Origin: Psilocybe cubensis
Taxonomy: Eukaryota
Direction of reading: 5' to 3'
Assembly (NCBI GenBank): GCA_017499595.2
Contig: CM039008.1
Location: 2,170,001-2,234,000, forward strand
Length of the DNA: 64,000 nucleotides
The notes under the pieces were generated by a model. It was not told the DNA's origin and ran no database searches. It was given only the letters and a program-made list of their open reading frames with translations. Shown one piece after another: positions 27,287 to 40,174 of this stretch. Within the stretch, counting starts at the first letter, position 1. Each line of letters begins with the position of its first letter. The position numbers and the translations under genes were made by a program.

Positions 27287-27648
27287 AACAATAGGAAAGG
27301 AGAAAAGTGGGAAATTGTTGGTTGGGTTGGGTTTTGGGTTGGGCTGGGGTGGGGTTTGGGGTTTGGAGGGTGCTCTTACAAAAGTATATCTTCTGTCTCA
27401 TGTTTAATGTTCAACGTATTGGTTGCTTTAATTTTTCAACTTTTTGCTGTGCAGGCTAGATGTAGTCGCTGCGCATTTGCGTTGATGTATGTTTTTCTTC
27501 TTCAATTCTTTCATCATCTCGTCCTACCTCTGTCAATCTGTGTGTGCGTACTCCTTGGGTTCAGTTTTTATAGTCAGAGGTTTTCCTTTCTCATAAACTG
27601 GTGCTTTTACAATGAAACCCGAAAAATCTGTCTTATGCCGCGATGAAG

Positions 27649-27850
27649 ACGCGTCGAGATCGTAGTCTTTGACGTGACACTATATTCTAGTCACCCACCA
27701 AAGCGCCGCATAGCTCGATTTTTGAGACTTGTCGAGAAAGTTTTTCTAACAAAACATAAATGAGCTGCTTTTCCAGTGAGCTTGAGTGTCTTTGCTTAAC
27801 TGCACCGATGGAGTTCTTGTTGTTCCGCGTGGGACAAACAAACAACGCGT
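27649..27850. promoter_or_regulatory. Two ACGCGT (MCB-like) boxes upstream of PSF1
   Basis: ACGCGT at 27649-27654 and 27845-27850, just upstream of a DNA-replication gene. Function is inferred from yeast MBF biology. Confidence 0.4.
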
Positions 27851-27898
27851 CTGTCACAGAGTGACATGATCATCTTTCACCACCACTCTACATCGATC

Positions 27899-28495
27899 AT
27901 GACTGAAGCGCGTCAATACGGAGAGCTCGCCACCCAACTAGTCACAGAATCCCGACGCTCGACACAGACCGACACGCTCCTGAAATACAACGACTCCCTC
28001 GTGCGCTCGCTGCTGCGCGAACAGCGCTCGCTCGAGTCCGCCCTCTCAACACTGCTCATCGACGGGCACGCGCCGCCACCTGCACTGCTCATCATCCAAA
28101 CGGCGATCAACCGCAACAAACGCTGCCTGCTCGCGTACCACGCGCACCGCACGGACCGCCTGCGGGACATGTACTGGGCGGCGGGCGGCGCGCTGCCGCA
28201 TGTGCTCGGGAACCAGGAGACGCGGGCGAAGATGTCGCCGTATGAGGTGGACTATCTGCGCGCGTACCATGCGTCTGTGATGGAGTTCCGCGCAGAGTTT
28301 GCGTATGAGTTGGATATCACCGCGAGCATTGTGGATCCGCCGAAGGATCTGCAGGTCCTCGTGCGCGTCGTGCGGGACTGTGGGATGATACAGACGGAGT
28401 TGGGGGTTATAGATTTTCAGAAGGGGCAGCGGTTTATGGTGCGCAGGGCGGATATCGAGCATCTCATTGTGCAGGGTTACTTGGAGGAGGTTTGA
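27899..28495 (+). CDS. PSF1: GINS complex subunit Psf1 (GINS1), intronless
   Basis: RNKRCLLAYH..R, DPPKDLQVLVRVVRDCGMIQTELG and RRADIEHLIVQGYLEEV. The likely start is ATG 27899 (MTEARQYGELA). Confidence 0.93.
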   Translation: MTEARQYGELATQLVTESRRSTQTDTLLKYNDSLVRSLLREQRSLESALSTLLIDGHAPPPALLIIQTAINRNKRCLLAYHAHRTDRLRDMYWAAGGALPHVLGNQETRAKMSPYEVDYLRAYHASVMEFRAEFAYELDITASIVDPPKDLQVLVRVVRDCGMIQTELGVIDFQKGQRFMVRRADIEHLIVQGYLEEV

Positions 28496-28587
28496 GGAGA
28501 GGGTTGTTTGGTTCTGAGCAGCGAGCCAAACACGTTTCATCATTTCCATTTCCATTCGGAAACTTTGTTCTGTTCTCTCGTCCAGAC

Positions 28588-30184
28588 ATGCTCAACAGGC
28601 ATGTATATCTCTCCTCAGCTTCCTCTCGCTCTCTCCGTATTCTCGCCCTCCGCGCAAAGCAGCCGAATGATTGTCTATCGCGTTCGGCTTTGCCCGTAGT
28701 TGTCTCACACCAGTCTCCGTACCATCAAAGCACCAGTTGCACCCCTCCGCCTCTCGAAGTATCTGCATCATCCCTCACGCACTCAGATCTTGCCGTGCGC
28801 TCTTCACGGCTCCCTCCCGACTCCCTCCCATCCAACGACACCACAAACACCCCCAAAAACGACAGCAACCCGCACAACCAGCCAAACCACATCTCCGACC
28901 AAGAATGGGAGATCCGCACAGGTCACTATCACTCTCTTCTCAACTCACACACAAACACAGCAACACAGTTTTGTTGATATATGGTCCACTTTCCAGGGCG
29001 CGCGATACACGTTATCCAAGAGACATTACCAGACTTCTTCGAAGTGGGGCTCGTAACGTCCGTGAACAAAGTGACAGGTCTACCACAGCGCCCGCACAGC
29101 GTTAGCCCTATCCCAATTCATATCCCCATCCCGATCCCGCTCCCGAGCGCAGCGGCGGAGTTTTTGGAGGGGCATATGGTTAGAGAGGACGAGGAGCCGA
29201 TTTATAGTGATGATGTTAGACTTTCGTATACGCCGCCTGTGGTGTTGCCGCCGCCGTTGCCTCGGACGTTCCATATTGACGGTGCGTTATCCATTACACA
29301 TGCATATACATGTATTATTATATACTGACGGATCATTAATTTTCGATTCTGACTTGTTATCGTTATCGTTGTAGGTCTGCAGATGTACGTCGCATCGTCA
29401 AGCTTCATCCGACACACTATGGCAGCGCTATACACCGATTTGAAAGTGCAGAATGTGAAAATGACGATTGACACGCCGACACCGAGTCGCTCGCCTGCTC
29501 CTCCTGCTCCTCTGAACGAGAAGCGCGGCGAGGGTGAGGTTGGGGCTGGTAGGAGGGAGAAGAGTGTTATTTTGCGGCAGGTTGTGACGGGCTTGGCGAG
29601 GGTGAGTGGGAAGCGGGGGGAGTGGGTTATGTGCGTCTTTTTTCTTCTTTTCTTTTTATCTTTTTATCTTTTTTCTCTGTCTCTCTCTCTGTCTCTCCAC
29701 CTCTATCTATCTTTTGCCTTGCTGTTTTCTCCACGTTTGGTGTTCCAGTTGGATTTTTGAATCGAATGAGATTTCAATCTGTACAACCAATTTTTTTCAT
29801 CGACAAGGAAATTCAAATTCACTTTCGTCTATATCCTCATTCCTCATTCCTCATCCCTCATTCCTCTATCTTCATCTTCATCTTATCTTTATCCCTCCCT
29901 AACTCTAACTCTGACACTGACTTTTTATTCTTATTCTTCTCAACATCGCCATCTTCCACCTCCACCTCCACTTCCACCTCCACTTCCACCTCAACCTCAC
30001 CAGCGAATCAACATACACATTCTCCCCACTCACAGGGCTGATCTATAAACATACCATCAACTCGATCCATCCGGCGCCGCATCGCGCGGTGTATGAGTCG
30101 TTGAGGGTTGGGTTGAGCAGGTTTAATTTTGAGTGGAGGGGGGGGACGGGGTCGGGGGCGGCGTCTGGGGCTGGGGGTGCTTGA
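28588..30184 (+). CDS. Conserved hypothetical protein, possibly mitochondrial and DUF2358/NTF2-like
   Basis: Four exons splice in frame: Arg/Ser-rich N-terminus, EWEIRTGRAIHVIQETLPDFF, IYSDDVRLSY, and ESTYTFSPLTGLIYKHTINSIHPAP...* at 30184. The family call is tentative. Confidence 0.65.
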
Positions 30185-30322
30185 ATGTTGGGTGTTGGGT
30201 GTTGGGTGTTGGTGTTGGGTGTTGGGTGTTGGTGTTGGGTGTTGGGTGTGTATATGAGGTAGAGGTTGGGGAGAGGTAGGGAAGAGGTAGGGGAGAGGTT
30301 GAGGTAGAGGTAGAGGTAGAGG
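29950..30322. repeat. Simple repeats: (TCCACC/TCCACT)n in an intron, then (TGTTGGG/TGTTGG)n and (GGTAGA)n downstream of the stop
   Basis: Directly visible tandem arrays at about 29950-30000, 30186-30250 and 30257-30322. Confidence 0.85.
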
Positions 30323-31365
30323 AGAATCACGGACGGTTGAAGGCACGAAGTCGAAGAGATGGAGAAAGTACACGCACGCACGCACGGCGGTTTTATTTCC
30401 ACTTACATTTTTTTACACTATGATACACGACACAGGTTTAGATTATTCGATGCGATCCTTGGGATTGCGATTGCACCCCCACACCCCCCCCACACCTTAC
30501 AGAGTCGCACACCACACCCCCGCTCAAAAGTAAAGTAGAATTAAAGTAAAGTAAAGGAACAGTATGTAGATAGTCATGGTTAAATTTAACTTATAAATGT
30601 ATGCACATTGGTTTTTGGTTTTGGTTTTACGCGTACGTTTGGTAGTAGTCATTGCTAGTTATTAATTATGACCGATATTTCCCACTGACTCTGTGATTTT
30701 ATTCAGAGTCCCATGAGCCTTTTGACCCTTTGTTGTTTTTTGGTCTTTTGTTCTTTTGGTTTTTGTCTCCTGGTTCCGGCCCTGGTTGTCCATGTCAACC
30801 CTTTCCCTTTGAGACCTTTGAGATGTCATGTCAATGCATCTCCGAATTCTCTTTCTATTTTTTATTTTTATTCTACGCATTGCTCGGAATTGTGATCGCG
30901 AGGGGATTCAGTGCATGCGATTGGAGGGTACATAGTGATGGAACTCACTAAAATTTGGATCGCCTCGCGTGAACCAGGTGTTCATAAATCACAACATCAC
31001 AAATCAGTGCACAGTGCACAGTGCATGAACAAAAGGCACGGCGGACGCGCATGTGTCTGTGTCTGTGTCTGTGCCTGTGTCTGTGTATGTGTATGTGTTA
31101 TATATATGTACATGCTGCGACCGACCCACTAGAATCTGCCTTTCAAGAATCAAGTTGTAGAGATGATGTTATATAAGGCACGATTCCGATCTCGCGTGTT
31201 GTCTTTCTTTCTTTCTTTCTTTCAATATAAACAAACCAGAACAGAACAGAACAGAACTGCGGTTTTGGTATATCGTATACGACCCGGAATTCAATGATCC
31301 CCTGGACAATCTCATCATCATCATCATCATCATCATCAACCTCCACCTCGACCTCCAAATTCAAA

Positions 31366-33992
31366 ATGATATCCCTCCCCATCCTTCTCTCTTCTCTCTC
31401 CGCTCCCGGGCCGTTGGGTGTCCACGCGTGGTTTAGAGTCGCGTGTACGACGCCTTTGGTACAAGGTCGCTCTCTCTTTCTCTTTTGCTGTTTCCCTTGG
31501 AATACAATGTTCACTTAACCCATTAACTGTTTTCTTTTCTTTTCTTTTTCTGTTTTTTGTCTTTTTCAGAGAGGATCGACCCGATTGTGTCCCCGGGAGA
31601 TGTCCCGTCCAACCACGTCCATGTACGTCACAGTCACCTCCCATAAACTCCAAATCGTCCAGTTCAAGATCAATATACCGTATGACTGTAACTGTAACTG
31701 AAACTATAAACTTTTGAAAACGATAGACTGTACACGGTGGAAACGGTACGTACTTCTTCCCCCCCAACTCCCATTTTTTCAGCGTGAAATTAAAACGCAG
31801 GACGGACGTCGGACGATGCAATGCCATTGTGAATTATCACCTGATTATCTGTTACCTCTTACCTATGATGTCGTTACTTGTGCGCGTCGACGCTATGTAG
31901 GGTTCGCGGCGAATAGCACGTACGATGCTCTGAGGCAGTCTACGTGTTCCAATTGTCTCGTTGATCAAGTGAGTGTTGCATATCAATTATAATTCATAGT
32001 GCAAGAAGTCGACCCTTGGCGGGTGCGGTATCTGACGCCCATTTAAATCGAATCGCGCCCTTTTGAAAATGTGAACAAAGGATATGTCGAATTATTGTAA
32101 GCACCTACTTCATCCCTGATATGCCTTGCTTCCAGCTTGATGGTGGAAGGTGGAAGGTGGAAGAAAAAAGGAAAGAAAACATAGTCAACTGATGAATGCA
32201 CACTCACAGGGTTCGCGAAGCTTTACTTCCAGGATCCAAAGACGAAGATGTTCGAGGCTGTTCCAGACGGCGGTAAGCCTTGTTCCCCGCCTCCCCTCGG
32301 AACATGGATAACTGAACAAATGCATACAATTAACCCAACATTCGCTTCGCCGTTTTCAGGTCTGCTCGTGTACTACGAAAATCGCGGTGCAGTCGACGCG
32401 AGCAACGGCGGGCCCGGGCTTCGCGCGTTCCCGCCCGGGTTGAGGATGGTAAGCGGGGACCCGCAGAGGCGGGCGCGGAGGTACGTGCGACGTGCGACGT
32501 GCGATTAATTGGCCCCTTATTTCTTCCATTCCATTTCATTCCCTTTCCTTTCCTTTCCTTTCCTTTCCTTCCCGGAGTGGAATTTAAACTTCCATATTCG
32601 TATTTTGATGCGTGGTTGATTATTGATTATCGATTTTATTTGTGTGTTGCAGATATACCACGGGCGAGGGGTCGCAGGCCGAACTGGCGGAACGCGCGGT
32701 CGAGTGGGAGTGTTTGAGGTATACGACGGGCGGGGCGGCCGCGGCGGGGTATAATAGCGTTGATAATGGTGAGTCTTGTCGTTTACGTGCTCGTTTGGTT
32801 TGGGAGTGGGTGGTTGGGATAAGTGTTGATACTGATGGTGCGGTTGGTGTACTTGCCATACAGGACCAGGGTTCCCGAACACCGATTGCGAGGTTAGTCG
32901 TCCTCGCCATTAAGTAGAACGAAAGATAAATTATCCAACTCGTCGCTCTAGGCAGGCTTGAACGCGCGTATACATATGCCTGCGTGCTGGGATGGCGTGG
33001 TCAGTCCTTCCTCAACTTCGAAAAACGCCATAAATAATAAAAAAATGTTTCGTAGAATCTTGATTCGCCGGACCACACAACACACACTGCGTTCCTGTCT
33101 GACCTGGACAATGGCGCGTGCCCGGATACGCACCCAGTCGGGTTTATGAAGCTGTTGTATGAGGTATTGTTATTTTGCGGGCTATCGCTGTTGCCGAGAT
33201 CGGTATTAATGGCATTCTGTTTTGGAAGGTCACTTGGGACGTGCATTCTTTCGCGGATCGTTGGAATCCGGCGAGAGATGCGTGGCCTTTTGTGTATTGT
33301 AAGTTCCTCTTCAATGTGTTGGCGGTAGTGCTTGATCTGACGTTCTGAAAAGCCACAGGGTATGTCCCCTTGCGAAATGGACTATTGAAAGACTGAAGCT
33401 TGAGATGCAAAATCGGTGATACCTAGGGATCCTACAGGATTTTCGTGGCATGCCGACTTCCAGAACGGATGGGACACAACGTAAGTCCTGTCTCAAGGCA
33501 TGCCTACACCTTCAAGTGCTAACGTCTACCATCAATCAGCGCGCTCCAAAACGCCATCGACAAATGCAACAACCCGTCCGACCCGACCGGTGCAGGAATA
33601 ACAGAGGCGTGCTCCTTCCTCACCGTCCAAACCAACACGACGCTCGCTGGAGAGTGCAAGCTCGCATCTGTGGTGGACGAGGCGGTTGACGGGGTATTGG
33701 CTCGGCTGCCTGGGTGAGTGCGATGGCGTCATGACCGCCGCAGGATGCATTTTGACGTTGTTTTGCTAATTTTCTGGCATGTGGATATCGTTGACGATGC
33801 AGATGCAATCCACTGCAATATGGACCACAGGACGCAGTGTTGCAGACGGATGACGCGTGTGATTTGAATGTAGGTGGGAAGACTAGTGGGGCAGCCAGGA
33901 GCTTGTGGTCCATATCTTTCAACCTTGAGGTTTATAGTGCTGCCCTCGCTTTAGCAAGCGCAGTCGTCTGGCTGGTAGAGTTATACATCTAG
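31366..33992 (+). CDS. Secreted, probably GPI-anchored DUF1996 domain protein, multi-exon
   Basis: Signal peptide, ERIDPIVSPG..SNHVHTVHGG, DMSNYW, FPPGLRMVSGDP, MPACWDG and HADFQNGWD. Hydrophobic C-terminal tail; stop at 33990-33992. Confidence 0.88.
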
Positions 33993-35271
33993 GTCAACTA
34001 AAGATGCGGTGTAGTTTAGTTTTTGTTTTATTGGATCGAAAAGACTTGCCGACCTGCAGTCATTGCCCAGAAATTGCCCCACGTCAGATTCGTCCATATA
34101 TGCACCCTCAATTCCATGAGAGGTACCCGGACTACCTATATGAGACCATCTGGTAACTAGGTCGTGAATAGGGTTCTTCTAGTATAAGACTAATAATTTG
34201 CCAACAAAGCAGAAGGCGGAGAAGTCGGTGTTGCAGGAAGTTGCCGGTGGAGATATATTCGGAGTCTTAACATATTTTATTCGGGCCAATTATCCGAGTG
34301 GTCGGCTTTACAGGAAGGATGTTGCAAACCTGTTGCAAACTCTGAGGTAAGATATGATTCCTCAAGCTTCATAGACGCCAGTTTATTCTCGTACTCTTCC
34401 TCACCACTAGGTCATTTGGCGGTGAAAATCCGAAGAACAATAACTGATGTTCTCATTCCTATCAGGGTTTGAATTCAACTGGCAGTCAATATGATTCTCG
34501 ACGTCAATTAGGTCCTGGTGTTCGATTTCTCGATGTGTGTTATTTGCAAACAATTGTCCACTGTATTCCATTCTGTCTGATCAATTTCGCTTTGCTTTCA
34601 AGAACCAATATTGAAAATCATCCCTTCAATCCTTATACATGTATCATGTACTCTTCGCTTACGGTCGGGGACATATGGGCGCATCATAGGAGGCATTCGG
34701 AGCCTTGGCTGAATGCGATGCAATAACATGGTCGGTTTATGCCGTTCGGAAGAAAGACATATACACCGTCGGTTCACTGCGTTCAAGCCTTTACAAAAAT
34801 GACTTCAAATGCCCAACTCACACTCTTGGTTCTCTCTACACGCACTTGTATTCGGCAGTCACGTCATCACAACAGGCCCGACTACCGTAGGCTGGGTAAT
34901 ATATAATCTGCATGTAGATCAACACCGATTTATGCGCGTTTCCCATGCAAGACTCTCGCTCTTATCCTACGGGACCCTCTTACTCTATACGGGGTCATCG
35001 AAGAATCTTGTCTGTTTCCCTGCGGAATCTAGAATTTATAAGCGATTAGAGGCGTCCAATTCGACAAGGGAACCCTGCAACGATATCGGTCGTCAAATTT
35101 ACGGACTCGGAGCAATGATAACAGCGTCAATCGCGTGGCCGACGCTGCCTCCCTGTTGATGTCAAAATCATATAAAATAGACCTGGGTGGGTTTCCAGTA
35201 TTCTGTAAGGAGTCCAAAGCTTGTTTCTAATTTCCTACTTGCTTTTTCTACAAATTTATCGGTCGTCAAGC

Positions 35272-37373
35272 ATGAATCACTTTGTCTTCACTCCCATGCC
35301 ACTGTGGGGTAAGCACAGAGATTTCTTTACTCAAACCGTGGTATTTATAACTGTTGTTATAGGACATTCCAGAGCGCCTTGCGTTCTGGCAGCCCGGCTT
35401 GTTAAGGAGCACGAGAGCCTTGTAGTCTCCATGATAATCCCCCCAAACTATTTCAAGAACGCGGAAGCGGAAATATCAGCAGAATTCGACGATGCACCAG
35501 AGGAAACTCGTCGACGCCTTAGGTAAAACTTGAATCCTACAACATTCCCATGGATAACCGATTAATAAATGCTCCAAACCAACAGGGTTTTCTCACCGTA
35601 CAAATCCGACAAGGATGACATCTTCTTCAATATAACAGCACTGTTTGGCTCATTCTCAACCACCTATAAATCTCTACTAGAGGCAAACGCGATTACTTGC
35701 GCTCAGACGGGGCAGGTCTTTGATAGCGCTCCATCCCCATGTGCTGTTTTTCTTGATGTGCGTATCAAAATGTTTCTACAAGCCCTTTCTTACTCATGAT
35801 GCTTCATGTTATGCCGAAATGTAGGTTTACCTTAGCCCTTTGATGTTTGCCGTACGCGCTATGTCAGGCAGCACCGTGCCTATCGTGGGTCTCTGTCCCC
35901 TCCATGCCTCGTTTCTTGTCCATCTTTATGGTCCTGAACGAATGGACGGTCTTGGAGACCTCGATGCAAAGATTGAAGCGGAGGCAGCTCGGCTCGGAGT
36001 CACAGCCAAGGATATCGGAGACACGGTATTTCCTATCTGTATTGGCAAAGCGTATCTCTGCTCACGCGCGTGAAGGTGTTTTACCATACGGAGGGAAGAG
36101 TTTCCAACGTTCCAGGACTTCCGCCAATGTATGACTGGGAGCATTTCCCGCAAACGGTGATACAAGACCATCATTAGTTTACGACGGCACTTCTGATTTA
36201 CAATTGTAGCTTCACACTATGCCTGTGGTATCCGATTTCCTGAAATTGGCATACAAGTAAGCTTTTGATGATATGCAGATTTTGAAAAGAGGATTGATCA
36301 CATTAAAATGGTAGAGGCTTCGAGACGAGCAACGCCATTTTCTCGTTTTCTTCATACAATCTCGAGAAGCAATCAATAGATGCAATGAGGTCGTGGTTTT
36401 CGGAAGACTGGAATAAGGAAGTATACACCGTTGGCCCGCTGTTTCCCTCCAAGCCTACCACCTATAGTATTTCTTCAAAAACAGCTTCCGGATCATCACA
36501 GGTCGAAGAGTTTCTGGAGACGTCATTAAAGAAGCATGGAGAGAACTCGCTGGTTTTGGTATGTTCATAGACCTGTTCATTTTGATCAAACTCATGAGTC
36601 CTTAGATTTCATTCGGTTCACTGTTCTGGCCCATAATTTCTGAATATATTGAAGAGGTTCTAGAGGCTCTGGTGGAAAAAAATATCCCATTTGTAGGCTA
36701 ATCTTGCATCGATGATTTCATTCTAACTATTTGGCAGATACTATCATGTGCATCAATCTATGCAACAGTATCAGACGAGTTAGTATCAAGAATACACGCA
36801 ACCGAATCTGGGCTCATTTGCAAATGGGTGCCGCAAAAATACGTGCTGAATCATCCAGTACGTATGAGCATTTTTTGCTGTGTATGTTGTTACCTCTATT
36901 GCTAATTGACCCCTCCCCAGGCTACAGGCTGGTTCATGACACACGCCGGACAAAGCGGCGTCTTGGAAGCTCTCGATAGTGGTACTCCAATGTATGTCTC
37001 ATTCCCAGAGCTATTATATTTGCCATCATTCAAAGGAATTCATAGGATATGCTGGCCATTTGAGTTCGATCAGCCGTGCGCAGCAGCACATCTATCGGAG
37101 AATTTACATGTTGCCTTTGAACTCGTGCAGGTTAGAACAGGGGTACACGGTATGAAACCGCTCTACCGACACGGTATGCAGGCCAAAGGCACCCGTGAAG
37201 CTGTTGGAGTCGAGATCCGAGAGGTTCTCGATGCATGCCGTGGTGATAAGGGCGCGGAGCTACGAAAGAATGCCCTGGAAATCAAAGCCCAATTCTCCGA
37301 GTCCTGGAAAGCTAATGGAGTCAGCCGAAAAGACATGCACTTGTTCTTGGAAAAATTTAACATTAGACTTTAG
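35272..37373 (+). CDS. UDP-glycosyltransferase family 1 (UGT copy 1)
   Basis: N-terminal PLWGH (catalytic His), ISFGS and PSPG-like box [44 protein letters not shown]. Confidence 0.92.
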
Positions 37374-37753
37374 TAACCGGTGCGCAATATTACGAGACTC
37401 TTTGGAAAATTAATGATTGCTTTGTGCCATCTTTCCCACTGATAGCCTTGGATATGATGTGAAAAATCTGAACGATATGGAGAGTTACCACGGGTTACCT
37501 ATCAAATCGCTCCTTCCTAAGTCCACTAGACTGTCATCTGACCAACTTGAACCAATCATAAATCGACGCCGTTTCTCGAAGCTAATCAAGCGCCCCAGCA
37601 CTCCTCTTTAGCTCCCCGCGTCAAATGTGATAATATTATCTTCATTTAGTTTAATTATCAGGATGATCTGGCCTACAAAACCCGAGAGCTAGTCTCACTA
37701 TCCCTGCAAAGCTCCCATTATCAACTTTCCGTAAGACGGGGTTCAAGCTGAAA

Positions 37754-39931
37754 ATGAGCAGCGCACTTTCCTCAATGCCGCGGAAGAGACAATACCATTT
37801 CCTTTTCTCTGCGTTTCCCGCCTGGGGTAAGTACCTTCAAAGTTTTCCTAGTCCCATAGTAAAGCAGCTGATTTATTTGTAGGCCATACCAGGGCGTTTT
37901 GTATCCTGGCCGCGCGTGTTGTAAAAGAAACAGAGAATATCACATTCACGCTGTTGCTCTCTCCCAATCATCTCGCAAAGGCTAGGGCAGAAATGACGGC
38001 AGAGCTTGGTTACGAGATGCCAGATGACAGGCTGAGGTACGCATAGTATCATTGACATTCTCGATGTGCTAAATTCAATGACACCTTGTCACTTTCGTTG
38101 TTCAGAGTCCTTTCACCGTGCAAGACAGATTCAGATGATGCATTCATCCTTATTCCGCTGATGGTTCAAACATATCCAGAGGCTTACCGAGCCTTATCCG
38201 AGGCTAAACCCGGTGTCTGCGCTATGACGGGAAAAATATTCAATGCTATCGATGCACCAGACATTGTATTCTTAGATGTATGTATTATAACTGTTGTGAC
38301 CTATCCAAAGCCAACGTATTGTCTGAATCTCATTTCCAAATAAAAACAGGTCTACACCAGTCCACAGATGCTCGCAACGCGTGCCATCACAGGACAGAAG
38401 GTACCAATAATTGCTTCAGTTCCCTTACACGCTTCATGCGTGATTCACCTGTACGGTCCTGAGAGACTGGGAGGAAATGGGGACCTGAGCGGTAAAATTG
38501 AAGCAGAAGCTACTCGACGAGGTGTCACACCGAGAGAAATTGGTGACTCGGTAATTTATCAACCCTATACTCCAATACGAATTAATTTCTTACTAGATTA
38601 ACATATAGATTTTTTATCATACCGAGGGTAAGGTCATCAAGGTCCCAGGTCTTCCTGACATGTACGACTGGGAACATTTTCCACAAGTGGCAAGTCATCG
38701 AAGCAACGACCCTTGGGGTAGAAACCTGAACAAATTAACTTCCAGCTTCCAGACGCGTTCCAGAATACGGTATCTGATGTTATAAAGCTAGCATACAAGT
38801 ACGCATTTCTGTTACCGCCCCTTTTGAGTCCCGAAATGACGCAAATGAAAGAGGGTTACAGGAGTGCAATTCCGTTTTTTCACTCACGGCGGAAGACTTT
38901 GAACCCGTATCGGTGGATGCCTTGAAATCATGGATACTAGAGGAATGGGACAAGGAAGTATTTGTTGTAGGCCCTCTTCTTCCTTCCAAACCAACAACGT
39001 ACGGAATTGAATCCGATGGTGGCGGTCATGAATCATCAGAGATACAAGATTTTCTAACAAAAACCTTGAAGCTTCACGGAGAGAAATCCCTGGTTTTAGT
39101 GCGTCGTTTTATACTGACTGGAACATCTGAAAATTTTCACCATTGTCTTGCGTAAGATTTCATTTGGGACCCTATTCTGGCCCTCAATTGTGGAGTATCT
39201 TGAAGAAGTCGTCGAAGCGTTAATAGAGAAAGACTTCCCATTTGTAAGATCTCAATTTACGGAAGGCAAATATTTACCTCACTGATCTATATTAGATCAT
39301 ATCATACGCATCACCCTTTGGAAAGATATCCGACTCCTTAATCGATAAAATTCGTCTGGCTGGCTATGGCTTGATCTCAAAATGGATCCCACAAAAATTT
39401 GTTCTCGACCATCCAGTAACTGCGTTTCATTTTCTTCTTTTACATGGCCCTAAGTTCTACATTAGGCCACAGGATGGTTTGTCACTCATGCCGGGCAAAG
39501 TGGTGTGTTAGAGTCCCTCGATAGCGGTGTCCCAATGTGCGTCATTCGAAACTTGAAAACCCTTCTATTGCTGAGAATGGTTCATTTTGGATTGACACCA
39601 TAGGATATGCTGGCCGTTTGAATTCGACCAGCCACTAGCCTCTGCGCATCTCTCAGAAAATCTGGATATAGCATTTGAGCTAATTGAAGTTAGAACAGGG
39701 GAACATGGCATTAAACCCTTGATGAGAAACGGAAGGGTACCAAAACGGTCCCGTGATGCCGTTGGAATCGAAATTCGGGACATACTGGAGAAGTGTCGTG
39801 GGCCCAAAGGAGCAGTCTTGAGGGAAAATGCCCAAAATATGAAGGCAAGACTAAAGCAAGCCTGGGAACCTGACGGAGTCGCCAGAAGGGACTTCAACAC
39901 TTTCTTGAAGAAGTATGGAATTAATACTTGA
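37754..39931 (+). CDS. UDP-glycosyltransferase family 1 (UGT copy 2)
   Basis: FPAWGHTR, ISFGT and [44 protein letters not shown]. Same exon layout as copy 1. Confidence 0.92.
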
Positions 39932-40174
39932 TGTTTGAAGTCCCCACTCTCTGGATATGACGTCTTTGACTACAACATAGATACATATATTATATCAACC
40001 CACCAAATTAGTGTCATTAATCTTATCTAACTGATGCAACCGCAACATGTCCATCATTGATCCACAATCAAACAACTTGTTTTAGTGGGCCACCGCGGAG
40101 CGTGGCATGACGAGTCTTTACGATTCAGCGTCACGCTTTGTAATAATATAATATATATATAATATAATATAAAT

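Noticed and set aside
30186-30250. Interstitial telomeric repeat
   Set aside because: The unit is TGTTGGG/TGTTGG, not TTAGGG, and it sits within a general simple-repeat island.
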